A stretch of DNA of 64,000 bases from Gordius albopunctatus. Taxonomy: Eukaryota. The stretch covers positions 10,354,001-10,418,000 of the forward strand of contig OZ193909.1 of NCBI GenBank assembly GCA_964276515.1. Direction: 5' to 3'. Position numbers and translations under genes: made by a program. The notes under the pieces were generated by a model, which worked only from the letters and a program-made list of their open reading frames with translations, was not told where the DNA came from and did not search any database. This document shows, piece by piece, positions 41,266 through 54,026 of the stretch (the first letter of the stretch is position 1; each line of letters starts with the position of its first letter).

Positions 41266-44200
41266 TTAATAACCTTGCAGCCCATTATACAAAATTGGTT
41301 TCTGGTGACTTGTTTGGAATATAGAGTTAATTTCTATTTACGAAAATTAAAGGTAAAAATTGTTTTATAAATGCTATCATTTGGCAAACATATAAATTTT
41401 TTAAAATAAATAAAAAGCTGATTTACTTTCTTTCTCATCTTCGGTAAACATAGATTTGGTAGGAAATTCAATATCAAAAGTAACGTATAAATCTCCAAAT
41501 AGATTGTTCTCAAAACTGGGCATGCCTTCTTGAGGTATAATAATTTTAGTACCGGGTCTTGTAATGACGTCCCTCTTAATAGTAACCTAATATGAAGCTT
41601 AAGATAACAATTCAAATTATGCGATAATACCTTGTGACCGTCTAAATGTTTAATTTCGGCACGAAACCCTAATAAAGAATCCAGTATTGAAATGGTCAGG
41701 TTGCAATATAGCTCATTGCCTTTTCTTTCGAAAAAATTATGCCTATTTTTTAAATAATAGCTTGATTTTAGGTTTTAGAGAAAATTTTATAAAATTATGG
41801 CTAAAATTTCAAAAAATAATCGTCCCCCCCCCAAATCATTATTGCCTCCCTCTAATTCCAACGCTGGCTACGCCCATGTTACCTAATATTAAAGATAGAA
41901 TAAACAACTAGAATTAAAACACTCCTGTTCATAATGAACAACTAAAATTATTCCAGATAGTAAAATGGAATTTCTACGGCCCGAGGTCTCATTTTCTAAT
42001 TAGCCCGAGATAGAAATGAATTTTTTATTTCTAGTCACCCGAGCCAGATTTTTTTAAATAAAAATTTTTAAGCAAATATTTTGGTATATAAAAATAAAAT
42101 CAATTTCAAATTCGTATTATAAAAAAGGATATGTATGGAATAAAGACTTCAATTTCTCTTGCTACAATTTTATAAAATTATAACATGAATATACTTATTT
42201 TATTTCAAAGTTCAAATAGCAACTATGGAAATACGTAAATACTAAAATCAAAAATAAAAATAGAGGGGAGGGGGTAGAGTTTAAAAGCTATATTATGTGC
42301 AGATTTATTTTTCGATTTCTTGACCATCTCGTAGCTGATCAACATAATTAAACCCAATGAGCGGATAGGTTATTAAAAATAAAACACTTACTTTGTCTCA
42401 TGGATTTTAAAAATTAAATCGCCCGGCTCGCCTTCGATGTGTGGTTCCCCTAAAACAATTAAAGAAAAAAATTTATACCTGTAATCTTATCAAATGCCAA
42501 TGCCAATGTAAAACATCTTTTTAGTTTATTTGTACAAATACGAAGTCACATGTATAAACACGAGAATAAAAAAGTCTAATATTATTACCCAAAACGAGTC
42601 AGGAGTCGACAGAATACCAAGTTTCTGCGGAACTTTTATATTAGATTATCACCTTGAATATGGTTCAAATCACCTACTCATTCACTGCTAAGTACATAAT
42701 TACTTTTTTGAAATAAACAACTATATGTTATGTATGACAGTCTAAAAATGGACCAGACACAAAAAATCATAATTTAGAGCAGATACCCTTGTAAAATATT
42801 TATATGCCGTTATCCCAAGCAAAATCCCTATGCAATATACTCTTATTCTTGTCAGCTCTGTAACTTTTTAGACTAACTGTATGTATTGCCCTTGCATTTA
42901 AGTCCATATTTAACGAATTATTTGAATACATAGGTATAAAATATTAATTAGATAATGGTGATACTTGAAATCTTAAATATCAAATTCAACTTTTTGCGGC
43001 ATTTTTAATCGTTTTTTGAAGCCTGCATTTATTACAAAATATTTTGTTTATTATAAGCTAAGTATCTCAAACACTTTTAACTTAAAAAACACAATATCCA
43101 AATCCGACACTAGGAAAAAGTGACCAAACATTTCATAAATATTTTTAAAGTTGTGCAAGACTCCAACTTTAGCCAACGACATAGATGTTCATAATTGGCT
43201 GTTAAGGACGGTTGTTTACACTTTTAACTGATTCTCATAAAAAATTAATATGCTTATATATTTGGCCATTGATAAAGAAGACTATGGGTATGAGTAGGCA
43301 CTTGCATAGTATTAGGCGATTTTAAAAATTCAACCCAAATTTTAAAATATGACCTTTAAACATATAATAAACATTCGTTAATAAAAAGACTTGTGCCAAT
43401 TGTCAAAAAAATTCAACTAATCAAATTCTCGGCAAAGTTTATCAAGTCTCTTCAAAATATAAAAAGAAAGGTAGTAGAAATAAATTGCTAAATATAAGTC
43501 ATATACTAGGTTATAAAATTTATAAAGCAAAGAAAAATTTAAACTAAATTATACCTTGTCCGAAAAAGGAATACTCATGTTTGTCCGGAACACCTCTTTC
43601 TATCTCCACTTCTAATAACTTTTCCTCGTTCACCAATCTAATATTTTATCAAATATTTCTTTTCAAAATAATTTAAAATAATATTGTAAATGTTACACAA
43701 ATTTGGGATTGTTCATGTCTAAAATTAATAGGTTTACAATTTTTGTAAGGTTCGAGCTCGTTATATATAATTAAGATTCCTTCAAACAATTTTAAATCGT
43801 TTCCCATAAACCAAATGTTAATATGCTTGGGATATTCTAACACAAAGTTGAAAATTAAAAACCATATCAGTCAAAATTCAATGAATGTTTTATTAAATTT
43901 TTGCAGCACACTGGCACTTATTTAACATTATATTGATATGTGACGATTTCTTTTTGAGAATTAAGTTTCATAAATATATAATCTATTATTGGGGTTGATT
44001 TACTCTGTAGTCTTAGCTAGCAGTTTGATTTATATAATAGCGAATGGTTAAAAAGCGAACAGAAATGGAAAAAAAATAATAAAAATGTGGACGTCATATA
44101 ATCAAACTTAGGGTGGTCAGGTGAACACGAAAGAAAAAAATATTTTTAATTACAAAAAATACAAAATAGCAAACATTTAGGTAAAAATTACATGGAAAGC

Positions 44201-47018
44201 GTCCATATTATTTTTTAAAAGTTAAAATAATAACGAGGGGATCAATTTTAAAATATAAAATTAAAAGCTTACTTAACATTTGGACAATCGTCGCACACCT
44301 CAACTTGGTTCATTTGGAATCTTCCGGGACCTAATTGGCGAGTGACCATCTCCGCTCTACAATTACACTTTCGAGTGCCAGACGTGGCTGTATAGGTCGG
44401 CCTAATTCGCATAATCTAAACGATCATGTGCAAACAATTTTAAAATATATATTAAAACAAAATTAATGGAATTGATTCTTTATAAAATTGATCTTACACC
44501 TTACATTCTTACCTCTACGAAATTGCCGTTATATATTTCCTCTAAGGTACAAAAAAGATCAATAATGACGTTAGCACCTTTGTGTTCACGTGGAGCATTT
44601 TTTTCTCCGTGATGAAAAAAGTCACCAAAAAACCTGGAAAATTAAGAATGAAAACTATATCGAAAAAAATTTACAAGAAAACTTATAAGAGAACAAAGAG
44701 CTATTTTGAAGATTAATATATGTATAATATGTAAAATATGTTTTAAAAATTCAAGTTCAATTTGTTTAATTCGATTATTATATTTTTTGTGAAAAAAATA
44801 TCTGGCAACAGTAAGTTAAATATATAAAAAAAATCATTTTATGTTAAAAACACTATATTAACAAATAGATATATTTTTAAGCAAAATTTCATCATTAATT
44901 TGCGAAAAGTCACTACATATAGTGCTTAAATGAGAAAATATAAGGGTAAAACCAAGAACTATTATTTCATGCATAACATTATTATTAAAAAACACATAAA
45001 AAATCATGTTTATTATAGTAAAAGTGCGCTGCCAAATAGTAAAAAAACATTTTGTCTGTCCAAGTTTTTCCATATTTATTAGAAGAAAATCAAGAGGTTT
45101 TAGTACCAGAGCTAAATAAGATAAAATATATTTTTTAGCAAATAAGCTTTTCGAAATATTTTATTTATAATTCTGATAAATATATTTTTTATGTTAGAAT
45201 AAAAATTAGTAAAGAAAGGAAGGGGCTGTGTTTGAAAAGGTATAAAAGTGCATGCTGCGAACACTCGATTTATTCTAAATTGAGTTGTCAATAAAAAAGA
45301 ATAATATTTATAGTTTGGGGTAAGCCCTGGCTACGGCGAGCTCTATGTTTATTTGGGTGAGGTTAAAACCTATATTTCGCATTGGTTATAAATACTAACA
45401 TTTTTAATAATAATTTATTTAAGACATTTTTTAGTTGTGATGTACATTAAGGATTTAAACCGAGGTTAAATCTAAATTATAAAATATAATGTGATTTTAA
45501 AATTGTTTTTGTAGTCCTCTGTTTCTTTACTCTTTTTCCGAAAGGAATACTGTATGAATGTTGACCAGATGTAAAAAAATAATAATTTATGACAAAGCCC
45601 AAAAAATTAAAATTAAGTTTGATGGTGTTAGGTAAATAATACAGATCAATGGTCTAAAGGCTTAAAATTTTTAATTAGAAATGATAAATAAGTGTCATTA
45701 CATTTAGTAAACATTTGTTCTTAAGCTGGGATTAAAAATAAATTGCTTTAAAATAATCTGTGCATAAAAAATTATTAATTGATTTAAACTTATGAAAAAT
45801 TATGTCAAGTATTCCCAAAAATTTGTTACAATCTATATGTTTGCCCAATATCTACTTAAAATTGTGTGATTATACATTTGTCATATTAAATATTTGTCAT
45901 ATTTTGTTGCAATATCAGTCTAATCTATGAGTACAAACATTTATTCAGTTTGCTTGCAATGGTAAAAAATGACTAAAAAAAATTTAAATCTAAAACAACA
46001 TAATTTATGAAATTGCATTCAAACACTCATGGTAAGGGGTTAAAGCTTAAATTAAAAATTTCATCTTTATTTATCTCCACAGAATGTCCCCACCCATAAC
46101 CAATACTATTAATCTGCAAAAACCTAAAACAAAGTCACACTAAACAAGGTCTCAGACACCTTGTACCTAGCTATATAGTTGATTTTAAAATAAAAATATT
46201 TTTAATATACAAAAATTTTAAAAAATTAAATATGATACAAAAAGCATACTAAAATTGCTAATAACTTGAATACTAATAGAGAAATAGATATACACTATAA
46301 AATTAAGTTTAAAAAAATTAGAGTAGATATCAATTATAGTGATTAAAGATTTCCATTGACATAAGAATCAAAAATTGAAAATTGTCATTTTATAAAATAG
46401 CAATGTTATTGATTATTATCAAGGCATATAATTTCATAATAAAAATAATAAAGAGGGATCTTACGAAGAAAATATATCATCTGGTTGATGGAAAAAACTA
46501 GATGTATCTTTGGTAGGATCTTCACCCGCATCATATTGTCTTCTTTTATCTTTATTACTAAGAATCTAATTTGAATTTTTGCAAGTTTATATAAATTAGT
46601 CAACAATCATTAAAGGTAGTGCTGTAATAAGTTAATAAGTTGCCAAATACTTCGACATTGCAATTTTACATAAAAATCTTATTTAATATTAAAAGTAATG
46701 AATTATAGATAATAAACGTTTGTATAATAATATAGATTTTTTAATTTTATACCTCATATGCTTTATTTAATTCTCTAAATTTTTCATTTGCATCAGCATC
46801 ATTTTTATTTTTATCAGGGTGCATAGTTTTGGCTAAAGTTCTGTAGGCACGTTTAATATCGTTCAATTTGGCGTTTTTTGGAACATTGAGTATTTTATAG
46901 AGATCCCTTTAAACATATTAAATAAAAATAAAATATATTACTCTAATGTAAAAGTGATGCGAAATACGCAAAAAAGAATACAGAGAATACAGAATAATAA
47001 TAGTCTACAAATTTCCAT
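41266..47018 (-). CDS. DNAJB11: DnaJ homolog subfamily B member 11 (ERdj3), ER Hsp40 co-chaperone; 10 exons, 358 aa
   Basis: Exons 47018-46942, 46906-46753, 46565-46465, 44633-44513, 44415-44273, 43637-43555, 42449-42392, 41742-41631, 41586-41427, 41333-41266, all GT-AG and in phase (1077 nt). Hydrophobic signal peptide, J domain with [52 protein letters not shown]-terminal YNGLQGY*. Confidence 0.95.
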
Positions 47019-47988
47019 TGAAACACAAATATGGATTAGTCTAGCATAAATTACACACGTGTTTTACTAAGGTGGCGACACATTGTATGAGAAAAAATGA
47101 ATGTTTTCCATAAGGGAGCATATTGACAATGTAGACATATGATTTAAGACTTTATTCTTTAATCAATGAGTTATTTATATTTCAAAGGATAATCATTACT
47201 TTTGGAGTCTTTTGGTTCTGAATTAAAATAATTACACAATTTTTGAGGGTTAAAAAGTAATAAAATACATGTATTCGATTATTAATTGACGTACCGTAAT
47301 TAATAAGCAAATACGTAGTCATTTTTAAATAAACTATTAACAATTCCCCTTTTTACAGGTATTGTGGTTTAGATGCCCTGGAGGATGTGACATGTGCTCA
47401 GTGTTTAGATTATTCAACAGGAACCCAACGTCGTCATAAAAAAGGGTGGGGTGCCCATCTATAACGTAACGCACCCACCCCGGCTTATTTCGATACAACA
47501 AGCCATTTCTTGTTCGATTCTCCAGTGAAAAGTTTGTTTTTATCTATTATTTATGTATTATGGTGCAGTCTTCTCGAGGTCCAAACCTCCAAACATCGTA
47601 TGAACGCCCTCCGCGCATGGCTGCTTATGTATACTTTACCGATTTATAAGATTTTTGCTTCAGATTTTAAGTTTGTACTAGTAAAATTAATTATCTAGAT
47701 TCAAGAGAGCTAAATCTTAATATCATAATAATTGTGATTTTTATTAAATATACATCCTTATTTGGAATTTAGTCGTTTCTTCATATCCTTGAAGTCCATA
47801 GTTTTTACGTATGCTGTACGTGTTTGATTAATCTTTTATATACTTCACATTCGAATTAAATAAGTTTAATTTTTATAAAAATGAGTTGCGTTTCGTTAAC
47901 AAAAATTTGATCGATCTAGTAACAAGGTTAGTTATCGTTTCTTATAAGATGTCCATCTTTATTGATCAGCTAAGTTAAGCCTCATGTC

Positions 47989-50211
47989 TAGTGATGCGAA
48001 AACACCGAGAAAGATCTCGGTCTCGTCTCGTCTACCAGAATTTTAAAAATGGAGTCGAGATCGAGACGAGAATTTTGATGTCGAAACGAGACGATACGAG
48101 ATTTTTTCGGCAAGATGTCGACTTTTTATTGATCGTTAGATTTTAGTAATGTGTATTATAATTTTCATGATTTTGATTTAAGGTATTAAGTGTAAATCAA
48201 TATGTATGGAATATATTTAATATTAAAAAAATTCCTAAGTATAGTAAATCTTATATATAAAAATGAAACTATGTGTGTGTGTATATATGCCGCCGCCAAT
48301 TTTGGAAAACTACCAGAACGATTGGCTCAAAATTTTACAGTTTATTCCTGATACTCCGGAGCATGTTTTAAGATTTGTTCGAGCCAAATCGGTCCAGTAG
48401 TTTTCGAGAAAGATGAACGCGTTATGTTGTATTCGTACATAGAAGTAGAACATATAGATATCAAACTTTATTTTTACTTCAATAACCGCTTTATCATCAT
48501 ATATGCCCTAAAATTCCAACATAATTAAATACAAGGATAAATGGCAAAAAAAAGTTTGCCGGGTTTATCTAGTATTATATATTTTTGCAAAAAATTTAAA
48601 ATTGTCAATCATTTACCTAAATACTCGAAAAACCGAGGCGAGATCGAGACGAGAATTTTTACCTCGAGACGAGACGAGACGAGATTTTATCAGCGAGATC
48701 TCGGCTTTAATTTTTATTTTAATTATTGAAATATAATTTAGCTAATTAAGAATTTTTATTTGATTTATATTTAGGATATTAAATGCAAATCAATATGATT
48801 TGAAACTTTTGATACTAACTATTTATCCGCTTCGTACAAATTTCAAATTCGTAATATAATCTTATTCAATAGACTACATAGTATTAGTGGCCCTTAAGGT
48901 AATTGAACAATTAATTATGTATTTATTACTTATTTATTTGTATACCATTATTATATAATATAAAAACTTTAGACCTATAATGAGTTTATGGCAACAAGTT
49001 CATCAACCAACTCAAAAAAGGGCAAGCTGCTCAAAATTTCACAGTATCCAAGGATGAATCAAATAAAATGAGGAAGTGTAAATTGTGCTTTAAAGCAGTA
49101 AAAATGACCATCATAAGGATAGTATAACCTTATCCTACACAAGTTAATACAGAATTAAACTGCCCAAAAACTTTTTTTGAGCCAAACTATATGATTTAGG
49201 AAAATCTAAGCATTTAACAGCTATTATATATCAAACATTTTATTTAAAAATGACTATATAATTGTATATATTATATAATTAGCTGATTAAAAATAATATT
49301 TATCCCATTATATCAGCAATGGCTAGAGATTTTCTGAGCACTCCGGCGACCTCGGTGCCTGCCGAAAGATTGTTTTCGAAGGCATCTCTGACTATTCGAA
49401 AACATCGTAACTCATGAATCTGTCAGGAGTTTGCTATGCCTAAACTCATGGCACACCTTAACAAACATTTTACTTCAAAATGTAGACTTGACAGATGCAT
49501 TAAAATTCACTGAATATTTTGCAAAATGCTGCAATTTATCACTAGGTTAAAATATATGAACATAAGCTTTTTCAATAAGTAATTATTTTATGCCAAAATT
49601 AATAATAAATGGATTCAGTCTATATTTTTTTATATATAATTAGATTTGTTTCAATTTTTTATTTAACAACTTAAATTAAATTATAGCAATTAACGTAAGA
49701 TCTCAAAACTTTTATGTTCTTTCAACAATAATGTCTATTTTATTGTATTTGCAATGTTCAGATAATTACTTGTTATAAATAATGATAATACTTTAACTCT
49801 TGCATTTTTTTAATTATTTTAACGTTATTATATAAGATTTCAATAAATTCATTATGTTAAAATATGATATTTTATTAAACCTTATCCTTTTATTGAGCCT
49901 TAGCCAGGAAATAACAGTTATTAATTAGCAACTTTAAACCTTCGAGTCAAATAGTATATAAAACCTATATTAATGCTTCCTACCTTAAGTTACTCATCTA
50001 GCATGTGTTTTGGGGGTTGAGATCTAAAATTTGTTCCATTATGACCAATTTATATCTTATATAATAGTTTATAAGAGCCAGAAAAAATATATATGGTATA
50101 ATTATTTTTAAAAGTCGAGACGAGATGAGAATTCTCGCCCAGACTAGATTTTTCTAGGCCAAGACGAGATTTTAATAATCACTCCCGAGACGAGACGAGA
50201 TCAAAACACTA
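47989..50211 (+). mobile_element. Decayed hAT (Ac-like) element with CGAGA subterminal repeats
   Basis: Ends TAGTG...CACTA. (CGAGA)n blocks near both ends. Remnant YPIISAMARDFLSTPATSVPAERLFSKASLTIRKHRN..LLCLNSW at ~49300-49455. No clean TSD. Confidence 0.75.
48249..48572 (+). mobile_element. Short non-autonomous Helitron
   Basis: 5' TCTTATATATAAAAATGAAA with TG microsatellite. 3' GGCAAA..TTTGCC hairpin then CTAG. Inserted between A and T with no TSD. Confidence 0.85.
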
Positions 50212-50340
50212 GTGCTAACATTGATAATAATTTTTTTAATAGTTTATTAGATATATTAAAATACATCTCTTGTGCGCCACCACCCTTTCTCTGTGAAAAT
50301 ATAATTTTTTTGCCCTATCTCACCATCTTACTACGACTTA

Positions 50341-51474
50341 TCTTATATATAAAAATGAAACTATGTGTGTATGTATGTATGCCGCCACAAATTTTGGCGA
50401 ACTACCGGACCGATTTGGCTCAAAATTTCACAGTTTATTCCCCACACTACGGAGCATGTTTTAAAAAATGTTCGAGCCAAATCGGTCCAGTAGTTTTTGA
50501 GTTAGTTTGTTTTATATGTTTTGCCGTTTAATAAAACGTCAATCAAACCCAACCTCATGACGTACTGCCTATCTAAATGAAACTATGTGTGTGCATGCGA
50601 GTAGGTAGTGTGTAGTGTGATAAATGTAGGCATGTGCTGCGGAAAATGGAAACTTTTTACGATTTGAAACATTAGATCAACATGAGCGTACTCAGGTTTT
50701 GAATTAGGGAGGGGGGGCAGATTCAAAAAAAAATTTTCTCGGCTATCCAAAAATTTTCATGAGAGCAAAAAAAGGTCTTCGACTACTAAATTTCTAAATT
50801 TTTCCTGAGACCCGCAGGAGGTAGCCGCCCCATCTGCCCTCCCCTGACTAATTAAGGGGGGGCGGGTGCAAAAAATAATTTTTAAGGGTTTTTGTATTAA
50901 AAAATTATTTTTTTTTAAATAGGGATGGGGACCCCCCCCCCCTCTTGCCCCCCCCCCTGGGTACGCCCATGAAACAAAGTCATTTTTTGTTAATTTTTCA
51001 CGTCAATTATTATTATAGGACGGTCGTGTCTCCTCCTGCGTGGCTACATAAATTAAATAATCGAATTTTGTCATTTTTTGCGCGTTAAATAAGGAGAAAA
51101 ATGAAAATATAATTAACAAAGTGCCAATAAATGTTGATATATCTCAGTTCTTCGGGCATTATTAAGTTCAGAATTAAAAGTTTTATTCAGAAACAAATAA
51201 TTATGATATTGTTTCTTAATTACAAAAAAATATAAAAATTGTTTGAAGGGCCAGGGGGCCAAAGATTTTTCCCTTGGGGGGGGGGGCATGGGGCTTTATT
51301 TTATCTCTTGGGTGGGCCTGGGCCTTGGACCCTCTTTAACTATTTGTCTGAAAATTATCAAACTTTATTTTTACTTCAATAACCGCTTTATCATCATGTA
51401 TGCCTTAAAATTCCAACATAATTTAATACACCCCCCGGGTAAATGGCAAAACAACGTTTGCCGGGTTCATCTAG
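50341..51474 (+). mobile_element. Non-autonomous Helitron, same family as 48249-48572, carrying a MITE at 50681-50971
   Basis: Same 5' end. 3' GGCAAAACAACGTTTGCCGGGTTCATCTAG|T. Nested element has TIRs CATGAGCGTACTCAGG / CCTGGGTACGCCCATG. Confidence 0.85.
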
Positions 51475-51475
51475 T

Positions 51476-53490
51476 AACTATATAAACTCAATTTACACAC
51501 ATGTTAAAAGAGTTGGGTAATTATTATTCCCGAATTTTATATATTCGTCGAGTAATAAAGTAACTTGTAACTGCGCGTATAACATATTAAGTTGGTGACC
51601 CCTTCGTGGGGCCAAAACTTTTTTTTTAATTTCCACCAACCCACCCCCTCGAGCACTACCATTTGGTATTATTTTTGGCATTCAAGAGATCGCATATAAA
51701 ACTGTCACAAGAACCAATTTTTCCTTAAAAATCTCTATTCACACAACCATGCCGTACATCAAGTCGAATTATCAACGCCATCAAGGAACATATTCAGGAC
51801 AAGTAACTGATCTATCAGGGAAAATTATATATATTATATTCTATACATATTCACCAACCCCCGCTAATTCTAGTTAGGACACACCTGAAATAACTCGCAA
51901 ATAATATTTTTTCTCCTTCTTAATCTCCTCTCTTAAAATTCGTTAAGGCAATTAAATGGAAACAAAAGACTTGCTATCTCTCAGCCTGGACCCATCCATT
52001 TCGGACAACAATAACTCACTTGTGGAAACTGTAAAACATGAATCATCAGTATCCATAAAACTTCCTGAATTCCACTCGAGGAATATTCAAATATCGATAG
52101 CCCAAATAGACGCTATTTTTACAACAAGAAGGATAATTTCACAAAAAGTAAAGCATGCGTATTTATTGGAATCCTTCTCCGCTGATGTGGCCGAAGAAGA
52201 TACAGAAAAACTAGGTGATTTGCAATGCTTCGCTACTACTATCACCGAACCATTCACTGATGTCAAACAATCTGGGTTATCGTCATAGACATTTCGCCAC
52301 CGAAAAACAACCGTTACCTCTACTTCAATGACGGTATACAATGTAATTTTTTGACAGACGAGCTTCCCTAAAGCATACAAAATTCACACACTTTTACTAG
52401 TTGGTTCCGTAACAAAAGCGATATTTTATTTTGCAACATTTTACAAATTAATCACCACTAAATTCAGTTACCTGAAACAATGGCAACCTCATCAACTTTA
52501 CCAGGCCTAACAAATAATTTTTTAGCGGAACGGAAAGCAGCGCTCATGGACCTTTTTACTCGACTGTACTTTGCTGTCCTATTAAAAAAAAACGTCCACA
52601 TCCTTAACCTTAACAGCTCATAATTTTATCTCATCAAGTTGGCGAACATATTAACACTCCATTAACACAAATCGTGAACCTTAATCAATTCCGGAGCTAG
52701 GATGCATCCAAATAAAATAAAAATTCACGACTAATGGCACCGGTTGATTTTATTTGCCAATTACGCAAACACGACATACGCCATCATATTTTAACGGAGT
52801 GACCAATCAACAAATTCTAGGTTAATATTTTTTTTATTTTTGTGGATAAACTAAGACAAAACATGGCCACAAAAAGTCCAAACTCTATACTGAGATTATT
52901 AAAACGAAATAACAAATTAGACACGACCTATCGGAATCGGAAACACTTTCCCTCAAATAAAACGACCCTGCACCACTTTCTTCACTTTCCGACTGCACAA
53001 AAAGTTTTTTCTCGCCGACAAAACACAAGATTCAATCAAAACAACTATAGAAGTTAAAAATACACAGAAGGTGACACGTAAGGGCAGATAGGTGCATTGG
53101 CCGCAAAAAAACTTCTCCATTATTTCACATAATTCACACTTTTTTCTTTTTAATCGATACATATTTGTATGTATCTGGGAAGGGAATATCTGTAGTGACA
53201 AATAAATTGAAGTCAATTATTTTTGTAGAATCGAATCCAATGACGTCAATCAATATTACTTCTGGGAAATTTAATAATAGTCTAAGGCCTTCCCAGAAAA
53301 TAATCGATCTTTATGGAAACTCATCGATTAGTTTAGATCTTCCAAGAATATTATCGATTTTCCAATAATAATGAATGAGTATGTATTTTATAATAACTAT
53401 ATTAACTCAATTTACAATAATTATTATTCCCGAGTTTTATATATTCGTCGAGAAATAGAGTAACTTGTAACTGCGCGTATAACATATTAA
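51476..53490 (+). mobile_element. Internally deleted Gypsy-type LTR retrotransposon relic
   Basis: Direct repeats at ~51476-51590 and ~53394-53490 (TTATTATTCCCGA...CTGCGCGTATAACATATTAA). PBS TGGTGACCCC at 51593. Gag-like IKLPEFH..AQIDAIFTTRRIISQKVK in ORF 51956-52288. Confidence 0.75.
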
Positions 53491-53679
53491 AAAAGGCAAT
53501 TAAATTACTATGCATGTTGCACTTTCTAGTAATGAAATCCCATCATTACTATTTTTAAATTAGATTAACACTTGCCTGTTAACTAGATTGCTTAAAGCAT
53601 ATTTATCACACAACTCGCATGCGGAATCTAAATGTCATGCAAAACAAGGTTCAATGTAAATATTGATTACTTTATTATA

Positions 53680-53907
53680 AAGTGTATATTAAATCCATTA
53701 TTGTGTATTTCTTTGTATAAAATCGGTGTGTTTTGATTTGTAAAGTAGGTAGAGGGAAATTGAAGGTTAAAATTTGGTCAATTATAGCCCATTATCAGGG
53801 AAAAAGTGAAAAGTCACAATATCGCCTTTCAATTCCCTTTTCCCACTTTATCAATCCAAACCTACCAAATTTATACAAATAAATACATGGGGTTTTAATA
53901 TATACTT
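53680..53907. repeat. ~85-bp imperfect inverted repeat (old foldback/MITE) just upstream of SLC25A11
   Basis: Left arm TGTATTTCTTTGTATAAAATCGGTG..TAAAGTAGGTAGAGGGAAATTGAAGG matches the reverse complement of CCTTTCAATTCCCTTTTCCCACTTTA..CCAAATTTATACAAATAAATACA. Confidence 0.7.
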
Positions 53908-54026
53908 ACATGTAAAAAAACTAATTTAATTTTACCTATGATTTGCAAATTTGTCAAAAGTTTTGATTAGTTTTAGAATTTTGCCTATTAGTTCTTTTGG
54001 CCAAGTGTGATTGCAACTTTAACGAC

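Noticed and set aside
42305..42362. Peptide [18 protein letters not shown] in DNAJB11 intron 7 resembling an alternative exon 8
   Set aside because: No suitable splice acceptor, ends in a stop, and the true exon is at 41742-41631. Probably chance similarity.
47444..47481. GC-rich hairpin GGGTGGGGTGC...GCACCCACCCC upstream of DNAJB11
   Set aside because: A single short stem with no family motif, TSD or second copy. Insufficient to call an RNA or regulatory element.
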